A stretch of DNA of 64,000 nt, from NCBI GenBank assembly GCA_963663545.1, contig OY760505.1:3104001-3168000 (forward strand), in the 5' to 3' direction. A program made the translations under genes and the position numbers. The DNA is from Candidatus Delongbacteria bacterium. GTDB taxonomy: Bacteria > CAIWAD01. The notes beneath the pieces are model-generated. The model made no database searches and was not told where the DNA came from. It saw only the letters and a program-made list of their open reading frames with translations. Shown here in pieces: positions 1-9,742 of this stretch (position 1 is its first letter; each line of letters starts with the position of its first letter).

Positions 1-40
1 GCTTCAGCAGGCAGGGCAAGCAATCCAGCGAGCTCTGCAT
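1..40 (-). CDS. DUF89/ARMT1-like protein, N-terminal fragment (runs off window)
   Basis: Minus strand from ATG at 40 reads MQSSLDCLPCLLK, matching the typical DUF89 start (LDCxPC). It lies directly downstream of the NifX-family gene. Confidence 0.6.
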   Translation of the reverse strand, partial: MQSSLDCLPCLLK

Positions 41-42
41 GG

Positions 43-402
43 CTATCGACTCCCACCTTGTGATACATCATGTATTGGTTTGAGATCGCCTGCGCGGTAT
101 GCAGAAAGTGCTTCGGCAGCGGTTTCAAAGTGACCGCAATAAATGGAGATGCCGGCAGCGTCCAGCACGCGCTGCGCGTTCCCGCCCACATGGCCGGTGA
201 TCAGCGCACTCGCACCCGTCTCCTGCACGCGTTTGCCCGCAATGATGCCAGCGCCCTGCTCGGCTTGTTCATCGGGCGGGTTGGGCAGGTAGTCCAGCTC
301 ATCGCTATCCAGATCGACAATCAGGAAACCGGCTGCGCGACCAAAATGCTCGTCGAAGGAGGAATTCAGGGCCGCGCCTTCGCAACTGATGACAATTTTC
401 AT
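43..402 (-). CDS. NifB/NifX-family (dinitrogenase FeMo-cofactor domain / orange-protein-like) protein
   Basis: MKIVIS...HFGRAAGFLIVD...GAGI...ITGHVG..A..VL..AGI; start trimmed to ATG at 402. Confidence 0.85.
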   Translation of the reverse strand: MKIVISCEGAALNSSFDEHFGRAAGFLIVDLDSDELDYLPNPPDEQAEQGAGIIAGKRVQETGASALITGHVGGNAQRVLDAAGISIYCGHFETAAEALSAYRAGDLKPIHDVSQGGSR

Positions 403-582
403 GAGTTCGTCTCCAGACAAAGAACAAGGCAATGCAGCTTCTGTGCCAACGTTCATGCTGCGGAGCATTGCGGAGGGTGAGCCCTGAAAATGGCTAATAC
501 AGCGGATTGCGCCAAGTATCGGAGAAGAGGTCGGAGGATGTTGTCAGTCCCGGGAGTGGAGTAATTCGTGCAGCCTGCACGA

Positions 583-1935
583 TCAGCGCCGTTGACCGCG
601 TCCATCCTGACCGGGCGTATCCAGACCCAGCGCTTGAATCTTGCGGTACAAGGTGCTGACGTTGATGCCAAGATCCTCTGCCGCGCGTGCACGATGTCCA
701 CCGTGGCGTTGCAGCGCCTGCTGAATGGAAAGCTGCTCCAGGGTCTTCAAGCTTACCTGGCGGCTGCCGTTTTGGGTCTGCTCGCCGGTGGGCCGCAGCT
801 CGGCTGGCAGGTGTTCCACTTCGATCAAATTGCCGGTGCAAAGTACGAAGGCCTGTTCCAGGATGTTCTCGAGCTCGCGTACGTTGCCGGGAAAGGCGTG
901 ATCCATCAGCCGCGCCAGCACTTCCGGTGATACACCGCTGATTTGTCTTCCCTGCAAGCGATTGATGCGTGTCACGAGGTGATCCACCAGCAATGGAATG
1001 TCTTCGCGTCGCGCCGCCAGTCCCGGCAGTTCCAGATGGATCACACGAATGCGATAGAAGAGGTCTTCACGAAACTGACCTTTCTTGACCAATTCAGCAA
1101 GCGAGCGATTTGTGGCTGCGACGACACGCACATCCACCTCCTGAGGGCGAGTTCCTCCCAACGGCTCAATGACGCGCTCTTGTAACACGCGCAACAGGCG
1201 CACTTGCATGGCGGGTGATACATCGCCGATCTCGTCCAGAAAGATCGTGCCCTTGTTGGCCAAGGCAAAGCGTCCTGGTTTGTCGCGCTTGGCGTCTGTG
1301 AAGGCGCCCGCCTTGTGCCCGAAGAGTTCGCTTTCCAGAAGTGTGTCAGGAAGTGCGGCGCAGTTAACGGCGACAAAAGGCCCTTTGCTGCGCGGCGAGA
1401 TGTTGTGAATGGCGCGGGCGAAGAGCTCCTTGCCCGTGCCGCTGGGCCCTTCAATCAGCACCGTACTACTACTGCTGGCGATCTGGGGAAGCAATTCGAA
1501 GAGCTTTTGCATCACGCGGCTGCGGCCGACAATGTCCTCGAATGAGTAGCGCGCGGCCAGTTCCTTCTGGAGTTGCTCCACCTGTCGCAGATCCTGAAAC
1601 GTCTCCACGCCGCCCACAACCTTGCCTTTGCCGTCTTTCAGTAGCGCGGTCGCAATGCGAATGGGAATGCGCTCGCCCGCGTTATTGATGATGTAGGCGG
1701 TAGCGTTGACCACGGGCTTGCCGCTGTCCATGGTGCGGCGCAGGCTGCAAGCCTTCTCGCAGATACTGGCGCGAAAGACGTCGCAACAGCGACTGCCAAT
1801 GGCCTGGCTGCGCGGAATGCCGGTGATGAGTTCAGCCGCGCGATTGAAGGAGGTGATACGCCAGTCGTTGTCGACGGTGAACACGCCCTCGTTGATGGAA
1901 TCCAGAATTACCGCGTTGCCTTCGTCCTGCTTCAT
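583..1935 (-). CDS. PAS-domain sigma-54-dependent activator (OrpR-like, Fis HTH)
   Basis: PAS with C-x8-C-x3-C (CCDVFRASICEKAC), Walker A GPSGTGKE, ESELFGH, GAFTDA, FLDEIG, GNVRELEN, C-terminal HTH; start MKQDEG after an AGGAG RBS. Confidence 0.92.
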   Translation of the reverse strand: MKQDEGNAVILDSINEGVFTVDNDWRITSFNRAAELITGIPRSQAIGSRCCDVFRASICEKACSLRRTMDSGKPVVNATAYIINNAGERIPIRIATALLKDGKGKVVGGVETFQDLRQVEQLQKELAARYSFEDIVGRSRVMQKLFELLPQIASSSSTVLIEGPSGTGKELFARAIHNISPRSKGPFVAVNCAALPDTLLESELFGHKAGAFTDAKRDKPGRFALANKGTIFLDEIGDVSPAMQVRLLRVLQERVIEPLGGTRPQEVDVRVVAATNRSLAELVKKGQFREDLFYRIRVIHLELPGLAARREDIPLLVDHLVTRINRLQGRQISGVSPEVLARLMDHAFPGNVRELENILEQAFVLCTGNLIEVEHLPAELRPTGEQTQNGSRQVSLKTLEQLSIQQALQRHGGHRARAAEDLGINVSTLYRKIQALGLDTPGQDGRGQRR

Positions 1936-2076
1936 ACTCCTACTCGTGCAAAATGACCGAAAATGATTGATACAAACTAGCACTTTGCACGAATTAAACT
2001 GCACAACGAAGGCACGATTGAGCGAGAAGTCACCGTGGCAGCGGGGAATGCTGCACGGATCGTTCCCGTGTCGACT

Positions 2077-2092
2077 TGGCACGAATCTTGAA
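2077..2092 (+). promoter_or_regulatory. Candidate sigma-54 -24/-12 promoter
   Basis: TGGCACGAATCTTGAA (GG-N10-GA, variant -12), divergent from a sigma-54 activator gene. Confidence 0.55.
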
Positions 2093-2103
2093 CTGTGGTC
2101 ATC

Positions 2104-2499
2104 ATGATCGTGGCCATTCCCATCTGGCAAGGGCGAATTAGTCCCGTTCTTGATGTTGCCGAGCGCGTACTGCTCTGCGACATCGAGCTGGAGGAATGCG
2201 CTCCGGAGATGCTCTCACTGGAACAGCAAGAGCCGATGGCGCGTGCAGAGGAGCTGAAGGCGGCTGGTGTAGATCTGGTGATCTGCGGAGCTGTATCACG
2301 CGAGCTGGAGTTGGCGCTTGTAGCACGGCAGATTACTCTCCGAGCTCTTTGCTGCGGTGATGTCGATGAGGTACTGCAGGCATGTCGCCGCGGTGATACG
2401 CGACTGCAGTCCTTCGGCATGCCCGGCTGTCGGCAGCGCAGGCGGCGTGGCCATTGTGGTGGTCGAGCGTGCTCGCGTCACGATCAAATGGAGAAGTAA
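2104..2499 (+). CDS. NifB/NifX-family protein with Cys/Arg-rich tail
   Basis: MIVAIPIWQGRISPVLDVA...VDLVICGAVS...MPGCRQRRRRGHCGG. Confidence 0.8.
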   Translation: MIVAIPIWQGRISPVLDVAERVLLCDIELEECAPEMLSLEQQEPMARAEELKAAGVDLVICGAVSRELELALVARQITLRALCCGDVDEVLQACRRGDTRLQSFGMPGCRQRRRRGHCGGRACSRHDQMEK

Positions 2500-2541
2500 C
2501 ACCGTGGTCATCACGGTGAGTAGTTGTGAAAGGAGTCTGAA

Positions 2542-2892
2542 ATGCCCGCAGGAAATCGTCAGGGACCGCAGGGCGAAGGTCCCCGCACGGGAAGAGCCCT
2601 TGGATATTGCAGTGGCTACGACCGACCTGGATGTGAGACATCCAATGGTGGTGGGCGTGGTTTCGGGCGCGGAGCAGGGCGCGGCTGTGCACGCGGTGCG
2701 GGACGTCGCTTCCGTCACGGACAGGGCTTTCTACCTGAGGAGCCGGTAGTGGAGCAACGTGATTCACGCGAGAGCCTGCTTGCCGGAATGGAAAGGCTGA
2801 GCGCTGAACTGAGCGCCCTGCGTAGACAGGTGGAAGGCTTGTCGGCGGACCATTCGTCCAACGGCAAGGAGGGCGGAGACAGCGGCAAGTGA
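2542..2892 (+). CDS. DUF5320-family protein
   Basis: MPAGNRQGPQGEGPRTGRALGYCSG, Gly/Arg-rich middle, coiled-coil end; AAGGAG RBS. Confidence 0.8.
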   Translation: MPAGNRQGPQGEGPRTGRALGYCSGYDRPGCETSNGGGRGFGRGAGRGCARGAGRRFRHGQGFLPEEPVVEQRDSRESLLAGMERLSAELSALRRQVEGLSADHSSNGKEGGDSGK

Positions 2893-3740
2893 GATTGGCC
2901 GTCGTCAGTGGTAAGGGCGGGACCGGCAAAACGACCGTTGCTACCAGTCTGGCTGTGCGGGCCGTTGAGCTGGGCCTGTCCTGTACCTATTTGGATTGTG
3001 ATGTGGAAGAGCCCAATGGTTGGCTCTTTCTCCGTCCAGAGCTGGAACACACATCCTCTGTAACACGCATGCTGCCGGTGCTGGATCAGGCTTCCTGCAC
3101 CGGGTGCGGAGCTTGTGCAGCCTTTTGCTATTACCATGCGCTGATGCTGCTGGCGGGAGAGTTGCTGCTCTTTCCGGAGCTGTGTCACGGTTGCGGTGGC
3201 TGTCCGCTAGTTTGTCCGGCAAATGCAATTCGCGAAGGCTCACGCGTTGTCGGCGAAGTGCGACATGGCAGAAGTGGTTCTTTGCATTGCAAGGAAGGAC
3301 GACTGCTGATGGGAGAGGTTGACAGCCCGGGCGTGATACGCGCGGTGCTGGATCACAAAGAGAGTTCAGCTCTGGAGATTGTCGACGGTCCGCCCGGGGC
3401 CGCCTGCCCTCTGGTCAACTCATTGAAAGACGCGGACCACGTCCTGCTGGTGTGCGAACCCACACCCTTTGGAGTGCATGATTTCCAGCTTGTGTTGCGT
3501 GTGATTCAGGAAATGGAGCTTCCGGCTAGCGTGCTGATCAACCGTTCGACTGGCGATGATCACTTGGCGGATGAGGCTTGTGCCAAGGCTGGTCTCAGAG
3601 TGTTGGCAAGAATTCCTGACGACGCACAACTGCGCAGTCTTGTGTCACAAGGGGAGGTTGCTGTATCACGCGTTGAGTCTCTGCGCGAAGCGTGTGATGC
3701 TGTTCTTTGCAGTCTGGGAGTTGCCGCATGCAAACACTGA
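2889..3740 (+). CDS. MinD/Mrp-like P-loop ATPase with 4Fe-4S ferredoxin insert
   Basis: SGKGGTGKTT, DCDVEEPN, CTGCGACAAFC, CHGCGGCPLVCP, DGPPG. Confidence 0.9.
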   Translation: MRLAVVSGKGGTGKTTVATSLAVRAVELGLSCTYLDCDVEEPNGWLFLRPELEHTSSVTRMLPVLDQASCTGCGACAAFCYYHALMLLAGELLLFPELCHGCGGCPLVCPANAIREGSRVVGEVRHGRSGSLHCKEGRLLMGEVDSPGVIRAVLDHKESSALEIVDGPPGAACPLVNSLKDADHVLLVCEPTPFGVHDFQLVLRVIQEMELPASVLINRSTGDDHLADEACAKAGLRVLARIPDDAQLRSLVSQGEVAVSRVESLREACDAVLCSLGVAACKH

Positions 3741-4636
3741 CTGTGATTTCAGGCAAGGGCGGAACGGGCAAGACTTCACTGCTGGCTTCCTTCGTTGCGT
3801 TGGCGGGGCGTTCCGTGATCGCCGACTGCGACGTGGATGCCGCTGATCTTCATCTGGTGTTGAATCCCGAAACGCAAAGTGAAGAAGCATTTTTCAGCTC
3901 TCGCATTGCCGTAGTTGATTCTCATTTGTGCATCGGCTGCGGCCAGTGCCGTGATCTGTGCCGATTTGAGGCCGTCGAGATCGTGGAGAAAACTGGCGAT
4001 CGAAGCGCTGTGATACACGGGCGAGACTGCGAAGGTTGTGGTGTCTGTGAACGCTTCTGTGCAGCAGGCGCTATCCACATGGAACCGCGCCGCACGGGCC
4101 TCGTGTTGCAATCCGATACGCGTTTTGGGCCCCTGGTGCACGCGCAGCTCGATGCAGGGGGGGAGAATTCAGGAAAGCTTGTTACTGAAGTGCGTCGTCG
4201 CGCCAAACAGTTGGCAAAGGAGAAGCAGCTCGAACTGGTGCTGGTGGATGGATCTCCCGGTGTCGGTTGTCCGGTTATGGCTTCCTTGACAGCTTCAGAC
4301 CTGGCGCTGATTGTTAGCGAGTCCTCCATTAGTGCTTTACACGATATGGAACGTGTAATACAATTGCTTCGTCAGTTGCGCATTCCGGCGATGGTTTGCG
4401 TAAACCGTCACGATCAGAATCACGAGGTCGCACAGAGGATCTTGAGTCTAGTACGGGAAAGTGACTTGGAGTTGGCTGGCATGGTGCGACTTGATCCCAA
4501 TGTGACACAAGCTCAGCGTCAAGGAGTGTCCGTCGTGGAGTTTTGTAGCACGGGGGCTGCTCTGGATATAGCCCAGGTTTGGGAGCGGGTACTGGAAAAA
4601 CTCATCTCTTTGAAGACAAATACGAGGAAATCATGA
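3728..4636 (+). CDS. MinD/Mrp-like P-loop ATPase with 4Fe-4S ferredoxin insert (second type)
   Basis: SGKGGTGKTS, DCDVDAADLHL, CIGCGQCRDLC, CEGCGVCERFC, ENSGKLV, DGSPGVGCP. Confidence 0.9.
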   Translation: MQTLTVISGKGGTGKTSLLASFVALAGRSVIADCDVDAADLHLVLNPETQSEEAFFSSRIAVVDSHLCIGCGQCRDLCRFEAVEIVEKTGDRSAVIHGRDCEGCGVCERFCAAGAIHMEPRRTGLVLQSDTRFGPLVHAQLDAGGENSGKLVTEVRRRAKQLAKEKQLELVLVDGSPGVGCPVMASLTASDLALIVSESSISALHDMERVIQLLRQLRIPAMVCVNRHDQNHEVAQRILSLVRESDLELAGMVRLDPNVTQAQRQGVSVVEFCSTGAALDIAQVWERVLEKLISLKTNTRKS

Positions 4637-5988
4637 AACGAAGCGATGTCCTGGTCATTGGCAGCAGTGCTGCAGGTTTGGTGGCGGCACTGACCGCCCG
4701 CATGGTAAATCCTGACAAGACGGTTACCGTAATACGTCGCGAGAACAAATGCATGGTACCCTGCGGCATCCCCTACGCCTTCGGCTCACTTACGGGCACG
4801 GATCAGAATGTGATGCCTGCTGAGAAAATGTTTGAGACCGCTGGTGTTGAGCTCGTGATCGACGACGTAGTATCCATTGATCGAAGCGCGAAAGTCTGTC
4901 GTACCGGAAGCGGTGAAGAAATCGCTTGGGAGAAGCTTGTGCTGGCCACGGGCTCCACCCCTGTCAGGCCACGCTGGTTGAAGGGCTGTGAGTTGGACGG
5001 TGTCTTCACCGTGCCCAAGGACAAAGACTATTTGGATATGATGAAGTCCTCGCTGGCCGGCTGCAAGCGTGTTGTTGTAATCGGCGCCGGATTCATTGGC
5101 GTAGAGTTTTCCGATGAGCTGGTCAAGGCGGGCTACCAGGTAGAGCTAGTGGAGCAGAAGCAGCAAGTGCTTGCGCAGGCCTTTGATACCGAGATCGCGG
5201 AACGCGCTGGTGATTTATTGAAAGCGCGTGGAGTGTCCGTCAGGCTAGGAGTGGGCGTAAGTGAGTTGATTGGTGATACACACGTTCACGAAGTGCGTCT
5301 GGCTAACGGTGATACACTGCTGGCGGACGCGGTGGTGTTGGCTGTGGGCTATGAGCCAAACACAAGCCTGGCTGCCGAAGCGGGAATCACCATCACATCA
5401 CAAGGCACAATACGCGTAGATGAGTACATGCGCACGAATGATCCCAACATCTTTGCCGCCGGTGACTGCGCCGAGAAGCGTGATTTCGTGACACGTAAGA
5501 CCAACACGGGTATGCTGGCCTCTACGGCATGTGCCGAAGCACGCACTGCCGGCATGAATCTGTTCAAGCTCTCGCTGGTGAAGACCTTCAGCGGCACCAT
5601 CTCCATTTTTGCTACGGCACTGGGTGACACAGGATTCGGCATCGCCGGCCTTACCGAAGCTCAGGCTCGTGCAGAGGGCTTTGATGTGGTGACCTCAACT
5701 TTCGAAGGCATGGACAAACATCCGGGCTCCTTGCCGGGAACGCACAAGCAGTTAGTAAAGCTGATCGTCGGACGTGAAGCGGGTGTCATTCTTGGTGGCG
5801 AGGTCGTGGGCGGAGCCTCAACGGGCGAACTCACCAACTGTCTGGGTTTCATCATCCAGAACCGCATGAATGTCTTTTCTCTGCTGACTTCGCAGATCGG
5901 TTCGCATCCCCTGCTGACAGCATCGCCGGCCGCTTATCCGCTGATTCAGGCCGCCGGTATGATTGTGCGTGATACACTGGGCCGCTAG
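4633..5988 (+). CDS. FAD-dependent pyridine nucleotide-disulfide oxidoreductase (NADH oxidase / CoA-disulfide reductase family)
   Basis: GSSAAG, redox Cys in CGIPY, ATGS, GAGFIG, IFAAGDC. Confidence 0.88.
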   Translation: MKRSDVLVIGSSAAGLVAALTARMVNPDKTVTVIRRENKCMVPCGIPYAFGSLTGTDQNVMPAEKMFETAGVELVIDDVVSIDRSAKVCRTGSGEEIAWEKLVLATGSTPVRPRWLKGCELDGVFTVPKDKDYLDMMKSSLAGCKRVVVIGAGFIGVEFSDELVKAGYQVELVEQKQQVLAQAFDTEIAERAGDLLKARGVSVRLGVGVSELIGDTHVHEVRLANGDTLLADAVVLAVGYEPNTSLAAEAGITITSQGTIRVDEYMRTNDPNIFAAGDCAEKRDFVTRKTNTGMLASTACAEARTAGMNLFKLSLVKTFSGTISIFATALGDTGFGIAGLTEAQARAEGFDVVTSTFEGMDKHPGSLPGTHKQLVKLIVGREAGVILGGEVVGGASTGELTNCLGFIIQNRMNVFSLLTSQIGSHPLLTASPAAYPLIQAAGMIVRDTLGR

Positions 5989-6013
5989 CTCTGAGATTCT
6001 CCAAGTTTGTAGC

Positions 6014-6043
6014 ACAGCCCTGGACTCCCTCCGGGGCTGTTTT
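6014..6043 (+). terminator. Intrinsic terminator
   Basis: ACAGCCCTGGA-loop-TCCGGGGCTGT followed by a T run. Confidence 0.65.
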
Positions 6044-6096
6044 GCATTCGCCTCGTGCACTGTAGATTGAGTGGGTGAATCACAAAGGAGTACCCG

Positions 6097-6540
6097 ATGC
6101 CCGATCTTCTGGTTGAGGTGTTGTCACACGCCAAAGACCTTCCCTTGCCCGCCTACATGACAACTGGAAGTGCGGCCTTCGATTTGCTGGCAGCTGTCGT
6201 GGAGCCTTTGGAGTTGGCCGCAGGCGAGATTAAGCTGGTACCCACAGGGCTGAAAATGGCCATTCCGGCTGGGTATGAGGTCCAGATTCGCCCGCGTAGT
6301 GGGCTTGCACTGAAGCACGGTTTGATCATTCCTAATAGCCCCGGTACCATTGACAGTGACTATCGCGGTGAAGTGCAAGTGATTCTCGCCAATCTAGGAA
6401 AGGCGAGTTTTTCCATAGAGCGCGGTATGCGCATTTGTCAGGCGGTACTGGCGCGCGTGGAGCAGGCCCGGTTAAGAAGGGTGGATGAGCTTCCCCCGAG
6501 CGATCGAGGCGAAGGCGGCTTCGGCTCAACCGGCGTGTAA
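6097..6540 (+). CDS. dut: dUTP diphosphatase
   Basis: AFDL, IRPRSGLA, NSPGTIDSDYRGE, RGEGGFGSTG. Confidence 0.96.
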   Translation: MPDLLVEVLSHAKDLPLPAYMTTGSAAFDLLAAVVEPLELAAGEIKLVPTGLKMAIPAGYEVQIRPRSGLALKHGLIIPNSPGTIDSDYRGEVQVILANLGKASFSIERGMRICQAVLARVEQARLRRVDELPPSDRGEGGFGSTGV

Positions 6541-6547
6541 CTCACAC

Positions 6548-7345
6548 ATGCCGAACACAAAGTCCACCTCGGGGTACATACCCGTCCTGTGCTGGCACCA
6601 AGTGGCGCCAGGCTTTCTGCCAACGGTTACACGTGTTACACCGGCGCGCTTCGAGCGGCAATTGCTAGCTCTACTGAAGGCCGGTTGGCGTGTTGTGTCA
6701 CACGACGAATTCCTCGATCGCGACGGTCGCCGTGAGCCCACGGAGCGAGTCTGTTTGTTGAGCTTCGATGATGCTTACGCCGGTGTCGTGGAGCATGCTT
6801 TCCCTGTGTTACAGCGCGAGAGCCTTTCAGCCCTTGTCTTCATCCCGACTGCTCTGGCAGGTAGAAGCAACGAGTGGGATCCCGGTACTCCCGGCACAGG
6901 ATGGCGCCACGCCGATTGGGATCAGCTGCGCCGATTGCGTGATGCCGGATGGGAAATCGGCTTGCATGGAGCCAGCCACATCCCTTTGAAGGGACTTCAG
7001 GAAAAGCAGTTGTGCTTTGAGCTGACAAAGGCTGCTGAAGTACTGGAGCAGCAGTTGGGAGAGAGTGCACGCTTTCTGGCCTGGCCTTTTGGTTTGCAGG
7101 ACCGCGAGGCCTGCCGTGTGGCCGCCGCTGCCGGAATCCGGTTGGCTTTCGGCCACGATGCCAAAGAGAACCCGTTGGCACTCCCGCGGTTGATGGTCTA
7201 TCCCTGGCATTGTCCCGCCCACATTCCAATCATGCTCGAGCAAAATCGGCCCGGTCCACTGCAAAAGCTTGCAGCTCGCGGTGCGCGCTTGTCAGCACTG
7301 GTGATGTGCATGAATTCTGCTGCTCGCATGCGCGATCCTTCTTGA
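6548..7345 (+). CDS. Polysaccharide deacetylase family protein
   Basis: PVLCWHQV, LSFDDAY, EIGLHGASH, AWPFG. Confidence 0.85.
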   Translation: MPNTKSTSGYIPVLCWHQVAPGFLPTVTRVTPARFERQLLALLKAGWRVVSHDEFLDRDGRREPTERVCLLSFDDAYAGVVEHAFPVLQRESLSALVFIPTALAGRSNEWDPGTPGTGWRHADWDQLRRLRDAGWEIGLHGASHIPLKGLQEKQLCFELTKAAEVLEQQLGESARFLAWPFGLQDREACRVAAAAGIRLAFGHDAKENPLALPRLMVYPWHCPAHIPIMLEQNRPGPLQKLAARGARLSALVMCMNSAARMRDPS

Positions 7346-7495
7346 CAAAGGCAAGCGCTTTCAGCTTAATGTCTGGGACAATGGTGGCAGTGGAGAAGCC
7401 ATCCGTGGGCCTGGAAGATTGCCGCTCGCGGATACTTGCGCAAGCAGAACCTGAATGCTAAACTTGGGGTCTGCGCCGAATTAGGCGGCTTTGAC

Positions 7496-7876
<381 letters not shown>

Positions 7877-7883
7877 TTGGAAT

Positions 7884-7925
7884 GAAAAGGGTCGAAGGCT
7901 CAGGCTTTCGACCCTTTTCTTTTTT
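7884..7925 (+). terminator. Intrinsic terminator after tRNA-Pro
   Basis: GAAAAGGGTCGAAGGC...GCTTTCGACCCTTTTC followed by a T run. Confidence 0.8.
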
Positions 7926-8321
7926 CGTGCATGTGAATACCTTCCGCAACGACCTCATTTCCATTTTCTCACTTGTATCACAGGGAGTTAGATTCAGAAT
8001 AGATGGATTCTTGCGAGGTATTCGTGTCTGAGCGTGTCTCAAAGCGGATCGTGACTACTCATCAAACCACCGTGACACACACTGCAAATTTTGCTCTAAG
8101 ACGCGTGATACAAGGACAGATGTTTTCTCTGGCTGTCATGGCCAAGAGAGAGAATGAGACGCGTGATACAAATGCTGCGATTTCGATATTCAGAGAAGTG
8201 AAAATCGTCATGGAATTCCTCTATCGAAGCCTATTGCGAATGACCTCCAGCAAACCGATATTTTCCGGCCTTGCTTGTTATGGAAAAGAACCAAGGTCTA
8301 ATTATAGGCGATGTATGCGGA

Positions 8322-8738
8322 ATGAAAACGACAGGTTTCGGCCCCCACCTGATGCTTGATCTGAATGACTGCGATGTTGAGCTGCTGAAAGACCTCGACC
8401 ACTGCGCAAGCATTCTGAATGATCTCCCCGACCACATTGGCATGACCAAAATCACTCAGCCTTACTGTTTCCGCTATAGCGGTCTCGTTCCCGAGGACGA
8501 GGGCATTACGGGTATGGTGATCATTGCCGAGAGTCACATTTCGATTCACACCTTCCCGATCAAGGGTTACGCCTTCATCGACGTGTTCTCTTGCAGAGAC
8601 TTTGACGTGGATGAAGCGCGCGACTATCTGATCAAGGCCTTTAAAAGCCAGGATCCGCAGACCTTCGTTACGGAGCGTGGCTTGAAGTTCCCTCGAACAC
8701 CCATCCCACATAGGGCGCATGTATCCACTGCATCCTGA
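8322..8738 (+). CDS. speD: Pyruvoyl-dependent S-adenosylmethionine decarboxylase-fold proenzyme (substrate uncertain)
   Basis: GPHLMLD, IIAESHISIHTFP self-cleavage motif, DVFSC. Confidence 0.85.
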   Translation: MKTTGFGPHLMLDLNDCDVELLKDLDHCASILNDLPDHIGMTKITQPYCFRYSGLVPEDEGITGMVIIAESHISIHTFPIKGYAFIDVFSCRDFDVDEARDYLIKAFKSQDPQTFVTERGLKFPRTPIPHRAHVSTAS

Positions 8739-9594
8739 TCAGGGAGCATTTGGCGGACTGCCCGAGCAGGAGATTCCGGCGAAAGCGCGTTTCGCGGTCT
8801 TGCCTGTGCCTTTTGACGGCACCTCGACCTGGCTGAAAGGCGCTGATCGCGGCCCTGAAGCGCTGCTTGACGCCTCTGCCAACTTGGAACTCTACGACAT
8901 CGAAACCGGCCTGGAGCCTTACCAGGCCGGTATTCACACCTTTGCGCCCATGGTGTGCGAGAGCGTGGAGGAGATGGTAGCGGCCACTCGTGAGGCCTGT
9001 GCCGATCTACTTGCTCGCGGTTACACTGTGGCCGGGCTGGGCGGCGAGCACTCTGTCAGCATAGGGCTGATACAGGCGCACGCCGATCGCTTTCCTGGAA
9101 TGGGCGTGCTGCAAGTGGACGCACACGGTGATACGCGCGAGGAATACGAAGGTACGCCCTTCAATCACGCCTGTGTCATGGCGCGCGCGCGCGAACTCTG
9201 TCCTATTGTGCAGGTGGGCATTCGCAGCCTTGCTGAAGAGGAAGTCGCCGGGCTGGATCCGGCTCGCGTGTTTTTTGCCCATCAGATTCACGATCGTCAG
9301 GACTGGATTGCAGCTGCGGTAGAGCTTCTGCCTGAGCAGGTGTATCTGACCATCGATCTGGACGGCCTCGATCCTTCCATCATGCCTTCCACCGGCACTC
9401 CTGAACCGGGTGGCCTGGGCTGGTATCAGCTGCAGGCGCTCATTCGAGAACTCTGCCGCCGCCGCCGTCTGGTGGGCTTTGATGTTGTTGAGTTGTTGCC
9501 GAATCCCGGTAATCCCGCGCCGGATTTCCTGGCCGCCAAACTGGTCTATCGCATCATGGCCGAGATGCTGGCCGCAGAGACTTCCCGCTTCTAA
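8719..9594 (+). CDS. speB: Agmatinase
   Basis: GGEHS, DAHGD, TIDLDGLDPS, GTPEPGG, DVVEL. Confidence 0.92.
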   Translation: MYPLHPDQGAFGGLPEQEIPAKARFAVLPVPFDGTSTWLKGADRGPEALLDASANLELYDIETGLEPYQAGIHTFAPMVCESVEEMVAATREACADLLARGYTVAGLGGEHSVSIGLIQAHADRFPGMGVLQVDAHGDTREEYEGTPFNHACVMARARELCPIVQVGIRSLAEEEVAGLDPARVFFAHQIHDRQDWIAAAVELLPEQVYLTIDLDGLDPSIMPSTGTPEPGGLGWYQLQALIRELCRRRRLVGFDVVELLPNPGNPAPDFLAAKLVYRIMAEMLAAETSRF

Positions 9595-9659
9595 CAGATC
9601 CACCGTGAACCAGTCTATGTGATACGCGATCCTGCTGCGTCGTGATCCATACCTCTATA

Positions 9660-9698
9660 TGTAACACAAAGCGGCCGCAAGGGCCGCTCTGTGTTACA
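9660..9698. terminator. Hairpin between convergent speB and the DHS-like gene (likely bidirectional terminator)
   Basis: TGTAACACAAAGCGGCC-GCAAG-GGCCGCTCTGTGTTACA inverted repeat with one mismatch. Confidence 0.6.
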
Positions 9699-9742
9699 CG
9701 GTAATACTCCGTCATGTCTCCCGTGACACAACGGCGTATGGA

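Noticed and set aside
43..2499. Nitrogen fixation genes
   Set aside because: NifX-like domains here are in an orp-type context; no nifHDK.
8003..8359. 118-aa ORF between tRNA-Pro and speD
   Set aside because: No RBS or motif, atypical codon use, overlaps the speD start; more likely a promoter region.
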